From positions 20,770,001 through 20,834,000 of the forward strand of contig CM022670.1 of the NCBI GenBank assembly GCA_012295275.1: a DNA stretch of 64,000 nucleotides. The letters are read 5' to 3'. This DNA is from Chrysomallon squamiferum. Its lineage: Eukaryota > Animalia > Mollusca. Positions 40,346-56,304 of the stretch are shown in pieces. Both the position numbers and the translations under genes were made by a program. The notes under the pieces are model-generated. The model made no database searches and was not told the origin of the DNA. It saw only the letters and a list, made by a program, of their open reading frames with translations. Position 1 is the stretch's first letter. Each line of letters opens with the position of its first letter.

Positions 40346-43300
40346 TTCTCTGCCAGTGCGTTCCAAAATATTAAATATGTCTAGAGTTTAATCAGACGTA
40401 CACAAGGCATGGAATTAATCATTCATACATATGCACACACAGCACTCCATTTATCACAATCTGAAACTTGATTTATGCATTTTTATTGTTGATCTTATGT
40501 AGCTGTTTCTTTATATATATATATATATATCTTCGTGGAGATGGTGTTACAATAATCTTCTTATTTGATTTAATTCATTTCATTTTATTACTTTTAAAAT
40601 TATTGTCAAGATCATCATCATCATCATTATTAAAATTGACATTTTTTAAATTTTTAATCGTTTACTGAAATTTTAATTATAAATATTTTTATATGATTGT
40701 TTTTTGTTTGTTTTGTTGCTGTTGTTTTTTTTGTTGTTGTTTTTTCCTCGTTTGTGTTTTAAACTTAACCTATATTAGTTTATCCTTTCCTGTAATATTA
40801 ATTCTTGTTATTTCAGTTTATATTTAATTTACTAGCGCTGTACATTATTTGATTATTTTTACATTTGATTAGTTCCTGAAACTATTTCCTGCTTCGTTTT
40901 CACATTTCCACATAAAAATACCAACGAAAATGAATAATTTATTACCATCACCACCTACAGAAAATTCACGATTAAACAAGTGAATGAAGGAAGAAACGAA
41001 TCAATAAAAGAATGAACTATTTTTGAATATAATTTTCTAAATATTATTTCATTGTTTATTCTCTTTTCATACAAACTGAGAAAGTACATAATAAATCTTA
41101 AAAGAAAATACAGGTTTCAAATCACATACGCCTACCCAGAAAGAGCCACACAAATCGCGAATACTCATATATACATTTACAAACATACATATGCACAAAT
41201 ACGTAGATACACAAACAAGTGTTTTCAGATGTAAAAACTGACACGCACACACATATAGTACTAGTTTTATTTACATTTATCTCCCTTACTCTATTAACAG
41301 CTAGATCTAAGACCTTCAGCTGGCAGCCAGAAATACAGCTGTTTGAATTAAATTCAAAATATTTTAATTATCACAAAACATTTTTGAGGATAACTGAAAA
41401 ATGTTAACTGATAAACTTCTGTCAATTTGGTTCCTTAATCATGGTTTTAATTAATTTTTGACATGTTTTAAATAGAAATCAATATAATAAAATTCGAATT
41501 TGCATGTTTAAATTCGATATTAAATATTATTAACTGTAAGAATAGCAACAATTTATGTAAATATAAGAAGTTTCTTAGCATGGTTTTATAAACTATTTCG
41601 CTTCGAATGAAACTGGAATGAATGAGATGAAGAATAATCGTTTCCTTGTTTTTAATCTTCTTCTAAAAACATTGCATCTCGGACGCACTAAAACACTAAC
41701 AGACAAAACATATCTGTTTAAAATCCTGACTAAAAATCATGATATTCTCATAAAATACTATATTTCCTGACAGATTACAATGGAATCATTTTCCTGTTGC
41801 GTCAGCGAAAAGATCCAATCAAAGTATCAGAATCTGCATGAAGTATTTCCTTTGAAAACACAGACCAGTTTGTCTTCGCCATGACCTTCTGGCCAAAAAA
41901 AATAACAGTTTTCCTGATGGGCAAAAAACTCTGTTTCATGTTCTGTATGTTTTTGTTAATTCTGAATTCGATTACAATGTACATACTGTTGCGCTAGCAA
42001 AAAATGAGGTCTTTTGTATTTTATGATATAACTGTTTATGGAATCTTATATTTTCCATTTTTCCATTTATGACGTCATGTCTTATTTAGAAATATTAAAT
42101 TCGATACCTCTTTTATTATAATTTTCTTCAAGGACCATGTAGTTTCTGTCATTATATCAAAAATAATTCTATCGATTAATTTTATCAGGAATACTTTGTT
42201 ATATAATTCAATAATTTAGAAAATATTTATTCAGTATTCTTTCCAAGATCCGTTACTCCTAGTACTTCGTTATTTTACATAAATCCTTCCAGCCGCTATT
42301 GTAATGACGTAATGGTCTAGTTACATTAAAAGGTATATATGCAACAGGACAGAAGTATTTTTACTCCAAAATTATTATCACATTACGTTATATAATGTAG
42401 CAATTATCTTTCAAACCGGATTACAAGAAACATTATGACTCTGGTGTGAAATACTTCAAGAATGGATTAAGAGTTTTACCTGCGCTTAAATGTGGCTTGT
42501 GGATAGGCACCCTACCTTTAATATCAATTATTCCCAATCCACACCTCCATATTAGTATAAATTCAATATGTTATTTACTAAGCAGTATTGCACTGTTTCT
42601 AAACCTAAGGCTAAGTGTTAAGATGTAGTGTTTAGAATTTGCTGTTTCCTCTTTAATATGGAAAAGAATGTCATCTAGACATAGTTCTAACTTGATTCAT
42701 TTAAACAATTATGATTCACTAACGGATTTGTGTGGGTGATAACGGATACTCGATTTTTCTTTTATTACGTTTTGCCAAGTAACCGGTTGTGACTCATGCT
42801 ATAAACTATACTGCCACGTAGGAAAACTCTTAAGGATCTGATCATTGAAGTCCAAAGATTTTTTTTTTTTTTTTGCTTTTTGTTTTATAAATATTTTTTA
42901 TGTTTTTAATTTAATGTGTGGGACGGGATGATATTTAAATGAATCTTTAAGATAAATGTTTAATATGCTTCCACCAAGAAAATTAAAAACTATTAATTAA
43001 AGATCTATTTAAAAACGTGGCGATAATTTCAATAAGTCTGTAAATCACTAAAGCTTTATGTTACGAACCTTACTGATTTTGTTTTTAAATATATAACATT
43101 GAATGACTTCTCTATCTTGTGTAGTCTTAGAAATCATTAATCTTCATAAAACATTTTGTTACTGATGTGTAATATGCATTCAAATAATATAGTTTTGAAG
43201 ATACAGCACTGACACAACTATCTGAATCTTGCTGTTACTCCAGCGAGATTGTCATGCTAAAATTTTACTCCTCTATAAAAAAATCCTATATTCATAAATC

Positions 43301-44920
43301 AAAACTTTGGGCCTACACCACCCCAAATGGCCTTAATGAAGTAAAAGTCTCTTTAAGATTATGGAGTAAGTAATTAAGTTTTTGCTTCTGAACTGGAACA
43401 ACGACCTTTGCTCTGAAAAGAATGTATGTTATTTTGCAACATTCTACTTCTTGTTGACTACTGGGTGTATTGTTAATCGACTTTTCAAAAGATTTATGAT
43501 GTTTACAAGTTATAGTTCCTCTGACATCCACCATCTAATATTACCACCGTGGGCTGATAAATGTCGACATCAAACCAGGATAGTTCTAGAGAGTGTAATA
43601 CAAATATAAAGGGTGGAGAAGGGAACAACATTTTTTTCCTCACTTTTTGGTTTCCTTTGTTTTAAAAGACCTATATCTTTCCACTATTCCTTACTATGTG
43701 AAAAACCTTAATAATTGTCTTAATTAATTAATTTACTTATGAACTTACTTACTTTAATGCTTACTAAGTTATTTATTTAATTTCTGGTTACTTACTGACG
43801 AATATTGTTTTTTTATTTATTTATTTAATAACCTACTTACTTACTTATTTAATTAATCATTAATTTTCATACTGTCATTCTGATTACTTTCTTTATTTGC
43901 TTATCAATATTTGTTTTATTTATTTGTGTATTTATGTATTTGTATTTCTCCCTTCCCTCATTTGTGATGAATCAGACAGAATAACACATCTACTGACAAA
44001 ACTAATACAATTGGTATGTTGTAATGTAAAATACATTCGTCTTACAGGGATAGGTTAATCTGATGAAAAAGTCAAAAAAAAAAAAAAAAAAAAAAAAAAA
44101 AGATAGGAAAGAAAAAGAATGAAAGAAAGTTATTCAGTAGCAACAAAACACTTTTGTTTCACCAGTAACTGAGAGATGTCAAATAGGAAGACTGATGTAA
44201 CACTTTACACCAAAATAAATCAGAAAAAAATAAAATAAAATAAAATAATATAAAATAAAATAAAATAAAATAAAATAAAATAAAATAAAATAAAATAAAA
44301 TAAAATAAAAAAATAAAATAAATAAATAAGCAAATAAATATATAAATAAATACAATATTTGGTTGGTATATAATAATTAAATGGATCATATTTCGTTGTT
44401 TATACATACATACATATAAAATACATACATACATACATTCATACATATAAAATACATACATACATACATTCATACATATAAAATACATACATACATACAT
44501 ACATACATACATACATACAAACATATACAAATGATTACCGCCCGTCATGTTCATTTTAAAGCTGAATGTTTGTATATATGCATATGATTGATGTTAGAAA
44601 AACTATCAACCTGTTTTCTAGGTCAGGGAACAATAATTCTGTCATTCTGTCTACGTAATACGTGCTTAGTGAGTTCCAAGCACCAGCTCATCTCCACCAG
44701 AAGTAATTTGTTTTCACTGATCGCAAACGTGACAAAAGGATGGGCCTCTTGTCTCGAAACAGCGGGCATTTGTGCGAAGAAATATCCAGCCTGTATTTAT
44801 TTTTCCATACCGTTAAAAATGATGAAAAATAAAGAACCAGTCAATAAAATTTGGTTTCGTTTACAAACTTGGAATTATAATAATAATAATAATTAAAAAA
44901 TTGGAGAGAGAGAAAAAAAA

Positions 44921-45010
<90 letters not shown>

Positions 45011-45202
45011 TCAGTCATATTGTCTAAAACAAAAATCTCATCTCATATAACTCAGTATCACTCAGATGCCGAAAACCTATTAGTATACAGAAATATTGTT
45101 AAGTATTTTGTGTTTCAATGTAAATCAACAAAATGACAATAACAATAACAACGCAAATCTATCTCTCAAAACAAGTTTTGATTTACACCTGAAGAACATG
45201 AA

Positions 45203-45220
45203 TGACGTCATATGACGTCA
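45203..45220. promoter_or_regulatory. Palindromic double CRE site
   Basis: TGACGTCA-TA-TGACGTCA is a perfect 18-bp palindrome. Confidence 0.5.
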
Positions 45221-46278
45221 ATACTGGAGAAGTGTCAACCAATGAACATTAAGTGTGTTTCACGTGTTTATATATCATACACATTTGTTGGAAATTATTG
45301 CGTTATATATCTTACAATTAGTTCAATACTACAACTGTGACCTTCAGAAAGTGTAAAATCTGGGATTTCTTTTCCATATCCTGAAAGTATATCCGTAGAT
45401 AATCTATATCTTTCTTTAAGTACTTACTAACTAAATCATAATATGCTACCTCACCTCTCGCATACACATAATTAACACCTTTTGGACACCCAACACCATC
45501 ATCATCATCATTTGCGTCGTCATCTTCATTATGCTAATAACATTCCTTATCATTAGCATCATCAACCCTTTCTTCGTGTATATGGATATAGTCCTACCAC
45601 AATCTTACGTGTTAAACTGATTATTTTATAGAGTCGAGAATAAGTGTTTATTAGTTTTTATTGCAAGACATTTATTTTTGAGACTCTTAACCAGTATCAG
45701 AAGATACGTTTATTAACAGTTATCGTTTGAATATAAAATACATACAGTCACATGAATTCATCACCCTGTATATTCTTGGTACATTGTTTACCCTTTTCTT
45801 GACATTACTACCTTACAGACTTACAATTATTTGACTGTTTTAGTAATTGACTTATGTGTTTGTAATCTGAAAGGCTAAAACAAGGGAACACATTAATGAT
45901 ATGGCAGTATGTCTACACATTAAGCGTGACATCATTATCAATGAAACAAAAAAGAAAAGCAAGAAGAAGAACAATACGACCAACACCACCAACACAACCA
46001 CCACCACCAAGACGACAACCATCACCATCATCACCAAAACCACCACCACCGCAAACAACAACAACAACAATAATAATAATGATCGTGATAATAATATATG
46101 CCACCGTGAGCGCCCAGGAACAGCGAACAACATGTAACGAACTGTAAAACATAGAAAACTGACGTCTTATATATATACATATAATAAATCAACGAGCCTT
46201 ATCTAATAAAACAAAACATGCTTAACTTTAACCTTAAAATTATATGGAGAAAAATAAATAATGAAAAAAAAAAAGATG

Positions 46279-46401
<123 letters not shown>

Positions 46402-46622
46402 GTTAAATCGTATTATACAATTTAATATGTTAGGTGACGAAATTTTCTGCATAATTAACCGTAATATGTTTGTCATCTGAACTATATACACATATTTCTT
46501 CTTTTGTTTTATATATATTTTTCCTTCAGTTACTTGTTTGATGGATTGTTTTAAAACAGTTCATATTTAATATTTGAGTCATTCATCTTTTTATTCTTTA
46601 ATATATTTTAACTTGCTACATG

Positions 46623-46728
<106 letters not shown>

Positions 46729-49700
46729 ATCATCAACAACACAATAATATTAATACTAATACCAAAAACAACTACAAAAATAACAACAATAACACTTTTT
46801 TTTTTTTAAATTGGAAAAAAAAAAGAACACAGAAAAGGTGGAAAAATAAAGATGAAATATAGAGTAACAAGTGGTCTCAAAACAACATAAAGCAATAACG
46901 TATATTTCTTGCCATGTAATGCAGAACAATATGTCAACATTATTTCCCCACCAATGAAAATATGTGTAACCGCTATAAGACACTTCTTAATAATTGTATT
47001 TCCTTCAGTTTTGACATGCTCATTATAATTATTTATTTCAGTGTTATTATATTATGCTTATTTACATTTTCAGACATGCATTTCGTTAAAAGCAGGGCAA
47101 GGATTATTTTACTGCCATAGGCACATGCATTTATAACGAGAGCATGATGAGAAAAAAAAAAAAAAAAAAAAAAGATTAAAGAAAAGAAAAAAAAATGAAG
47201 AAAAAATTATACATGTATAATAATTTTCCCATAAGTTTTGTGTCAGTTATTTCAGTGAATGAGCTAAGGAAGCATCGTATGCTTAACGTTAATTTTCATT
47301 TAAATGTATGGTTTACATGTATTACAACTGCTATTATTAGTATTCTTGTTTAGTCATTATTATTGCTGCTGTTGTTGTTGTTATTATTTGTTGTCATTAT
47401 TATTATTATTATTGTTGTTGTTATTGTTGTTGTTGTTGTTGTTATTGTTGTTATTGTTGTTGTTGCTTTTATTGATACCATCATCATCATCATTATTATT
47501 ATTATTATTACTGTTAATTTTTAACTATTATGGTTGTTGTTTTTGTTGTTGTTATTATTATTATTATTATTAATTTATTAACAAGTATTTTATAATTGTG
47601 TATTAATACCCTAGAAGAAAAGGAATTCCTTTACACAGGTTAGTCTTACTGACCACCAACAACAAAAAGTAGGCCTATTCTTCATTCACCTTGGAGGCCT
47701 GTCTCAAAACAGACATAGGTCGGACTATTAGAAATCACAGTGTACATACCAAGGAGCACTGATCATGCAAACATCAGCGCTACAACCGATTATTATATCA
47801 CTTCTAAAGGAATTTGAATTGCTTTAATAAATTTACAGTTTATAAATAAAAGTAATGCAGGAAAGGAAACTACCTATAGCAGCTTACTGGACCAGAGTTA
47901 AACAGCAACACATTCTGCCAGTGCAATATAATCAAGATGAAGATACTCTGTTATTAATTTTATGTAGTTATTACGCCAAGAAAACATAAATGAAGCTTCA
48001 AATGTCTTTGTTATAATGAAACACTTCTTATTTTTATTCTTATTTTTATTTTTTAAACTGGTTGCATGAAAAATTATTACGGATGTTGTTTAATGACTTA
48101 TATATATATAAAATGTTTGCAAATTTATTTTATTTTTATTTTTTTTTTTTTTAAATATAAAATGTGTTTATATATATATATATCAGTCACCTAACTAACT
48201 CAACCGCAGATACGGACCTGTGTCACATCAAAGCGACGGAAACAAAACGAGGAACAGCTCGTGTGTGTGTTTTAAACATGTCAACTAGTTGGTGGTGCCG
48301 TAGAACGAGCTTATGAACCTGGCTGGAATTCTGCAGAGATGATACTTTACTACATCTGCGCTAACTAGCAGTTTGTATTCTCGCTGACAGGAATATAGCA
48401 CATAAATACTGCGCGACTGTCACGCCCGCCCAGGTTTGACACTGTATGGCCGTATAAAGGCAAACTCCCGCTCGTGTGCTATTATTGGCAAACCGTTCCG
48501 TCCGCAATTCACAAATACACTTAGCCGTGCATTTTAACATTTTACATTAGCCAACGAAAATAGCCACTTAGATTAAAAATACACTGACATAATTGTCTGA
48601 TTTGAAAATAGAGCATGTTGAAAGTAATTGAGTTGTCTTTGTTTTGATTAAAAAAAAAAAAAGGGCAACAAAAAAAAAAAAAAAGAAGAGGAAGATATCG
48701 TGGTAAGAAATTACTCATTTCACTGATTCTTATTTGAGGACGGAACATGATAGAAATATTCAACGTAACTGGTTATGTTTTGAAAACGAAACATTTTAAT
48801 TATACTTGACTTAATTTAATTTGATTTGAAAACAAAATGTAGAAAAATATTTGACTTCATTTATTCTGATATGAAAATAGAACTGATAAAAAGCATTTCA
48901 ATTGTTTCTCATTTGAAAGAAAAAAGACGAAGAGAAAATTAAAAAACAGCAACAAAAACAATACAAAACAAAACAACAACAACAACAACAAAAAACAACT
49001 AAATACCTTCAAAACCTAAAAATAATAAAATTAAAAATATAACTGAATTAGTTGTTTCTTATTTGAGAACAAAACAAATGAAAAATATCTGAGTTAATTT
49101 TCTCTGATTTGATTTTTTAAACAAATCACGTTAACAGCATACTACTCGAAGTTTTTTCAAACTGAAAAACAAATATATTTAGGAACATTACACTTCATTG
49201 TTTGTTGAAGACGAAAGTCTGTTATATTATAATATATCTGACTGGAAAACAGTTCTTATATATATATATATATATCGCTTCTCACATAAAAGCTAAAGGC
49301 ATCTAATACACCTGTAAATACAGCAAGCAAATCTGTGCATTTTATTTCATAAATTTTGATCATTTATTTTAAATATAGTAAACAATACATGAAAAATTCG
49401 AAGCACTGAAAGAAATACTGTAAGCATCTATATATCTTGTTGAAATTTAAACAGCTTTTAATTACATTAATGTTTATTAATATATAAAGCTTTTCAGTGG
49501 CAATATCAGAAACCTTAAATGTGTTGTATTTAGTAAATTATTAGAAAACGTATAACACATTTTTTTTTTTTTTACAGTTTCAATATATTAATTATGAATA
49601 AAATATGATTACAAGTACAAACATGTACATGTACGGACACATACTAGAAAATATGCATAAAAGTAGGGACACATACATACATGCTATATATGTAGATATG

Positions 49701-50643
49701 TAATTGTATTTTGTGGTTTTATACAGAAATTACTAAGGATTTGCAGTCAGGGTTAGGTTCTGAACAAATGATAAATTAAAAACTACAGGAAATGTAAAAC
49801 AAGGAAGTGTTGAAACAATTACCAGGGGAAAACGAAAACGTTTACATACGTTTGTCTTTGACAAAACAATAGAGAACATTTTGTTTATAGTTAAAGCGCA
49901 CTTTTAGTAAATAAACACACGCACACTTACATATACACGTGTCTGACGATTTAAATCATCCATTATTTCTTCAGTATTTTCACTATTTATCTATCTGCTT
50001 ATCTCTCTGTCTGTTTGTTTATCTATCTATATCTGTCTATTTGTATGTCTGTTTATCTATCTATGTATCTATTTCTACTTATTTGTCTATGTATCTATCG
50101 ATCGATCCATCCATATACCTATATACTTTGTCTGTATATGTGTATATGTATGCATATGTATGAATAAGCGTCTGTAAAAATGAATGAACATATGTACGTA
50201 CATCAGTAGGTGCATTGGTATGTATGTACAAATATGTGTGTGGGTACACGTGTGCATGCGTTGAAAATGAACTGAAACAAACAAGTCACATCCAAAATCA
50301 CATATAATATAAAGGTACGGCTATTAAGATATTTCTGTCATTTGATATTTATTGATGTAGCAAAAGGTAGATCCAGTCTGGAATGTATAATTATTAAATA
50401 CAAAAACTAAACTGATAGGAAAAAGAAATGTCCACGGCTGAGAATCTCCAGAATGCAAATATCTAGCCATAGGACTAAAACAAAAATGTAGACTGTGTCA
50501 CTGAACGAACAGCGGTTTTTGCAGTATGTTGACCACCCAAAAGACTAACGTTCGTGTGCCCAGTAATTGTGTGACGTACATTCCACATGACTGGGACAAA
50601 CGGCCTTCGATATTTGTTAGCATTAATTTTATTTTTTTTTATT

Positions 50644-50674
<31 letters not shown>

Positions 50675-50993
50675 CATTTTTCAAAATGAAATGATTTCGT
50701 AAGTTATGCCCATTAGAAAAATGGCAATTCACTCATTTACCACTGTTATTCCCCCTATCATAGTCGCCTATATTTTGCAGAAGTCTTGTAAAATGTTATT
50801 TTCTATTTTACATCAGATAAATAGGTTTGTTTGCCTGTGTGATTCCATCCCTTCCTACCTCAGTAAACATTTACTTAGAAAATGCATAACTGACAGAACA
50901 CAAAATTAGTGATTCTTAAAGCTGCTATTGAGGTATTTGAAATATCTGACTGTTAAAAATACTAATTATTAACTGATACACTCATAAAATCAG

Positions 50994-51098
<105 letters not shown>

Positions 51099-51595
51099 CT
51101 CTCTCTCTCTCTCTCGAAATCTGGCTCATATATGCAAATATTATTACAGTTACTATGAGTCAGAGGGATGTACAGTTACATATGATCATGCTTTCCTGCT
51201 TTTTATCTAAAACATCATCAATCAATTATTATACTATTCTTTTGGTTATTGGTATATCGTGATCTGTTTCAATCTATAGCTGTCATTACCTTAATATGTA
51301 ATGTGTGAGTCAGAAAGTTTTTTTTTTCTTCTATATATGGCAACCGCTTTTCTATTTAGTCCCAGGCATTGTAGTTTGTGATGAATGAACAATACTATAG
51401 TGTGACTCAACCACACTTTCCTTTCCCTGATTATTTGTTTATAACACATTTAGGAACGCCCTCATGAAAAATATGAATTCACTGAAAAGTACACAAACAT
51501 AAGTGGGATAATATTTACCAAAAGTTTGCTTCAGTGTTATGGGGTTACGAAGTTTATTTTGCACATCAAATAAATCTTTGCCTCCTTTTTCTGTC

Positions 51596-51890
<295 letters not shown>

Positions 51891-52439
51891 GGAATACACA
51901 GATGCTTTATATTTACTTATACTTACAATCCCACGAACCGTTTTCTAATCGGTAAATTTGTTAAAATAATGATTCAGTCTGACGTCAATATAAAGGACCT
52001 TAACAAAAAAAAGTGACGTAAAATGTTTAGCAATAAAAGAGTTAATTCTCAGCATTCCGGGTTTGTGTAAATGGGTGGGGAATGTACTTAGTAATAGTGA
52101 AAAATGATTTAGGTTAATCATTAAGTATATGAGGATTTCGATGAGCATGAAAAGCACCGATATTTGTGCAGTATGTTTTATGCAGTATTTGTGTTTTACG
52201 AAATATCAAAATGATGCAATGGTTGAGGCTGGTTTTGTTTGTATATATGCAGGTCCTGATGTAAACGAGAATCTAAACTGAAACTCTGAAATAAAAATAG
52301 CAAGTTCGCTAAAGAGGCCTCATTAATAATTCTATATTACACCAAATAAAAGAATGACCTTTGAAAATATCAAGCATCTATAAACAATGTGTAGATTGCA
52401 TGATGACGACACCATACAAAATATGTCCAAGGTTTTGCT

Positions 52440-52630
52440 TTTTAGCGCTGCCGACGTTGTCATCACATGTCGTGGACACACGTCACGACAGAAAAATCCC
52501 ACCGGCAGATATTCCCGAGCGAAAGAAAAAAGGAAAAAAAAAAGTGACAGTGAAAGTGTTGTCAGACAAACAAAACCATCAATCATGGCCGTATAAAACA
52601 GCGCACACCAACCGACCCGTCACACTTGAA
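52440..52630 (+). promoter_or_regulatory. Putative TATA promoter of the secreted Cys-module gene
   Basis: TATAAAA at 52592. kB-like AGAAAAATCCC (52490) and AGATATTCCC (52507). CRE-like CACGTCAC nearby and TGACGTCA at 51980. Confidence 0.55.
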
Positions 52631-52878
52631 AGCCAGTCGTACGCCAGCATACAGTCTGTACAGCTGAGTGAAAACAAAGTGAGAAAGCTTGAGACGGAGA
52701 AGATTTCCGAGCCACCTGCTGAGAATTTAGACAGTGCATCATTTAAAAAGATATCAGCTAACTGCTAATTTCACGGGATCAGAATTTGCGAAGAGAATCA
52801 TTAAAGAGAGCAGAACATCGCGTACCTGCTTAACTGCAAATAAGTGTTTTTGAGGTGCCGAACAAAGAAAGTAGAAAG

Positions 52879-53322
52879 ATGATTGCTGTGCATTACATGT
52901 GTGTGGTCGTTGTGTTGGTGTTGGTTGACACGCTGCCTATCAATCCTCTACTGAGCAACAAGCACATTATACCTCCGACTAGTGAACTGTGCAAAAAAAA
53001 TCCATGCGTCGATATTCTGTCGCGATTCTGTCCTAGTGACACTCATGTCTGCACGTTCTCCACTAAGACGTGCAAAGTTTCGTGCCAACCGAAAGCTCTT
53101 CCAGGAAACGTGAGCACCAACAAACTTAGTGGTCATGAAGGGCTATTTCCAGCAGCAGCACTTTTCCAGCTTCTATTTCCAGCTGACCCAGCTTCTGCCA
53201 GCTCGAAAAGTGGAAAGACCAGAAATCAGTCGGCGTCTAGGAAACTGTTCAATCAGACACATGTAACAAGTTCTGTTAGTGCAGCCTCTGCCCGAACACA
53301 TTCAACAGCCACGACTGGATAG
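52879..53322 (+). CDS. Secreted 147-aa protein with a 6-Cys module and S/T-rich tail
   Basis: The in-frame ATG at 52879 gives signal peptide MIAVHYMCVVVVLVLVDT, then CKKNPCVDILSRFCPSDTHVCTFSTKTCKVSC. It is a GC-rich coding-like island in AT-rich DNA, with a TATA box ~285 bp upstream. Confidence 0.7.
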   Translation: MIAVHYMCVVVVLVLVDTLPINPLLSNKHIIPPTSELCKKNPCVDILSRFCPSDTHVCTFSTKTCKVSCQPKALPGNVSTNKLSGHEGLFPAAALFQLLFPADPASASSKSGKTRNQSASRKLFNQTHVTSSVSAASARTHSTATTG

Positions 53323-53827
53323 GAGTGGGAAAATATATTAAAAACAAAGAGAAGAATGAAGAGGACAATTCCTTTGGGTTATTAAAAACACGTGTCTCGT
53401 GTTAAGAAGCGGACTTATAGGACTTTACTGTGTGTTATTACCATCAGCCTGATTACCTGTCAGTCATATCAAATGACTGCGATTGAAGACAAAGAGATAC
53501 ACTATGAACAATCTGGACAGTGTTGTGTGACACATTCAGCTTACCGAAGAAATAACAAGCAAGCTGAACATACATCAGTGACGTCCGCCTGCCGAGAACC
53601 CAAAATGTCTTCCATGTACACGTGTCTTTATTACAGATAAAAACAAATGTGACGACCATATGGATGTTGTCTATGTGCTAAGTTCATAATTTATGTGATA
53701 TTATCACAGGACTTGAGAACTTTGACAGTAAAGACACTTACTGGAAGCTGGACTCCTAGTAATTTGTGATCAGGAAAATCCGTTTGTGGGATTTGTTTCT
53801 CACACATCGAATGTGCCATATTATAAA

Positions 53828-54140
53828 TACTGTCAGGTTTCCATAGAAATAATGTGAAAATAGAATGTGTTAGTCATTTTGACATAGCCATAAGCATTAT
53901 TACATAGATGCATTAGTAATGTTTCCATAGAAATAATTGTGGAATATGTTAGTCAGATATCCATAGAAATAATGTAGTATGTTAGAGATAGAGCTATGTA
54001 AATGTCTTAGTCATATTTCCACAGAACAGTTATGTAGAATCTACTAGCAAGTACTATTCCATAGAAGCAGTTCTATTAGTGTTTATCATATATTCCTAGA
54101 AATAATATTAATGTAAATGTAAGCAATATTTTCATAGAAG
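53828..54140. repeat. Degenerate ~38-40-bp minisatellite carrying TTC(N3-4)GAA motifs
   Basis: Unit resembles TTAGTCATATTTCCATAGAAATAATGTRGAATGTG. Confidence 0.7.
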
Positions 54141-56230
54141 ATCTGTGTTAGTGTAGAAACAGTAAATGAAAAGGGAATAGTTGTGTTTGTTGTATTAAGA
54201 AAATTCAAGCAACTTTAATTCAGATCGATGACAATAAATATGTGGCATGTTTGAAACATTTTTTAATTTATTAAGAAATGCATATTGCCAATGTTAATCT
54301 CTTGCAAACTGCAAAACATTTAAATTTTAATTTGTAACGTGATTAAGTATTGGTAATGTTTAAATTATGAATATATTAACTTTGAATGTTTATCAAGTTT
54401 TCGTGACTGGTGGTTCCTATTCTATGATATTGTTATTTTGAAAATATAATATAAATTGACTTCGGTACAAGTTATTCGGATAGCTAACCAAAACTATTAT
54501 TAAACAGAACCATGAGTTATACAAAACATGGCGTTTTACTTATTTTTAACCTACACATATGCATATTGCTATGAATTAATATTTTGTCCTGCAAAAGTGA
54601 ATAGAAAGAACTATTCAATTATGATTTTTAAAATTAGTTCTGTATTATTATTATATACAGCTGATGTAGATATGCTGGTCATTGATAAATATATAATAAA
54701 TACAGTTATATTTTACATACGTGTTGTTTTAAAAAAAGTTTTAATTTATTAATATCATTGTGAAATTCATGAATTGTTAAATAATTTTCTATTGATCACA
54801 TCGTCATCATCATCATTTTCATCATTACTATTATTGCATTCTGACAATACCAATCACAATGAGTCTGTGGTATTTGCTTTTTACGCACAAGTATATGCAG
54901 TATTAATATTAGTAGCAGTATCAGTAGTGATAGTAGTGATAGTAACCATAAATGCAGTATTTTTATATTAATCAAATTAAGATCTTTACTGAGATGTTCC
55001 TCATCTGTTCAGCGTTTTGAAAACTTGTTTTGTACAACACAATTAAATCTTTTCTAAATAGGTTGCTTCTAATATTATCACAGGAGTTTTTGAATTTGTA
55101 AAGGTCTGAAAATATATTAATATTAAACGTTTTAAAAGTAAAAGTCTTTAGCTGTCTGATGTGCTCGTTGAGAAAAATAAAACATCTGAGAAAACAAAAA
55201 AAAAACAATTTCCCCCAAACCCCTAAACATCTGACATCATTACACGGGCTGCGAAAACATCTCTTAATATACGAAACTAAGATAGATAGGAAAGCACATA
55301 CCGAGATCTTTTCAACATTAATTGCTACACCCTGCTGAAAACTGAAATGTCATTAGTTCTGAATAGCACTAATCTTTCGATACATCAAACTCAGGCATAA
55401 GCTTTACTTCTGAAATGCAGCTTGCTTTCAAAGAGATTATTTGTAGAAAATAAAATAATAATCATGCTTATCTAGAGTATGACAACAGATAGGGTGTTAA
55501 GAACCTGGTTGTATTATGCATTACAACATTCAACATGAAACATTTCATGCACCTAATGAAGTTATACTCGTTAATACTCTCATGTAAGGCCCTTTGAAAG
55601 TTAGGTCAGAACGACCCAGATCTTTTTAATTACTTATTTAAAGAAAAATAATACATATTTACTTATAATAAAATATTTATTTGTATAAATATAACATATT
55701 ATCATTTGCTAATTTGTTTTTGTTTTTGTTTTGTTTTGTTTTGTTTTTTAAAATCTTATATTAATACAAATAAGAAGGATACATTCACCGCAGACGAACG
55801 GCCGTTTCTGTCTCTTCATTAATGTCACCATCTTCTTTTGATACATGTTGACGTTTGCAAACGTTTCCTCTTTGCGTCATGCTAATTACGTTAAAATATT
55901 GCTTGACGTCTAACGCTTCAGCAAGCTGGGAACGCATGATTTAAAACATGTTTTTAAACTGTTAATGAAGACTTCTTTTGTTAAATGTTAAAACTATGTT
56001 TTCTCTTCGGTCGCGCGAATAGCTATCACCTTAGACATTCAATATAATATAAGGAAACGATATTTCATCTCACATCATTGATGTCACGGTGTAATGTTAC
56101 TAACTAATTAACTAAGGAGATAATTAAACAAATAAATTAATAAATGTCCATAAGTATCTTCTTTCAGGGAATAATAATACAATAATATTTAATATGTTTC
56201 ACAGAATAGATATTATGTGCTTCATTTATG

Positions 56231-56304
<74 letters not shown>

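Noticed and set aside
52361-52768. 135-aa ORF upstream of the secreted gene
   Set aside because: It has a non-ATG start, spans the TATA box and 5'UTR, and shows no recognisable domain.
53392-53640. 82-aa ORF downstream of the secreted gene
   Set aside because: It has a GTG start, lies in the presumptive 3'UTR, and has no splice link to the upstream ORF.
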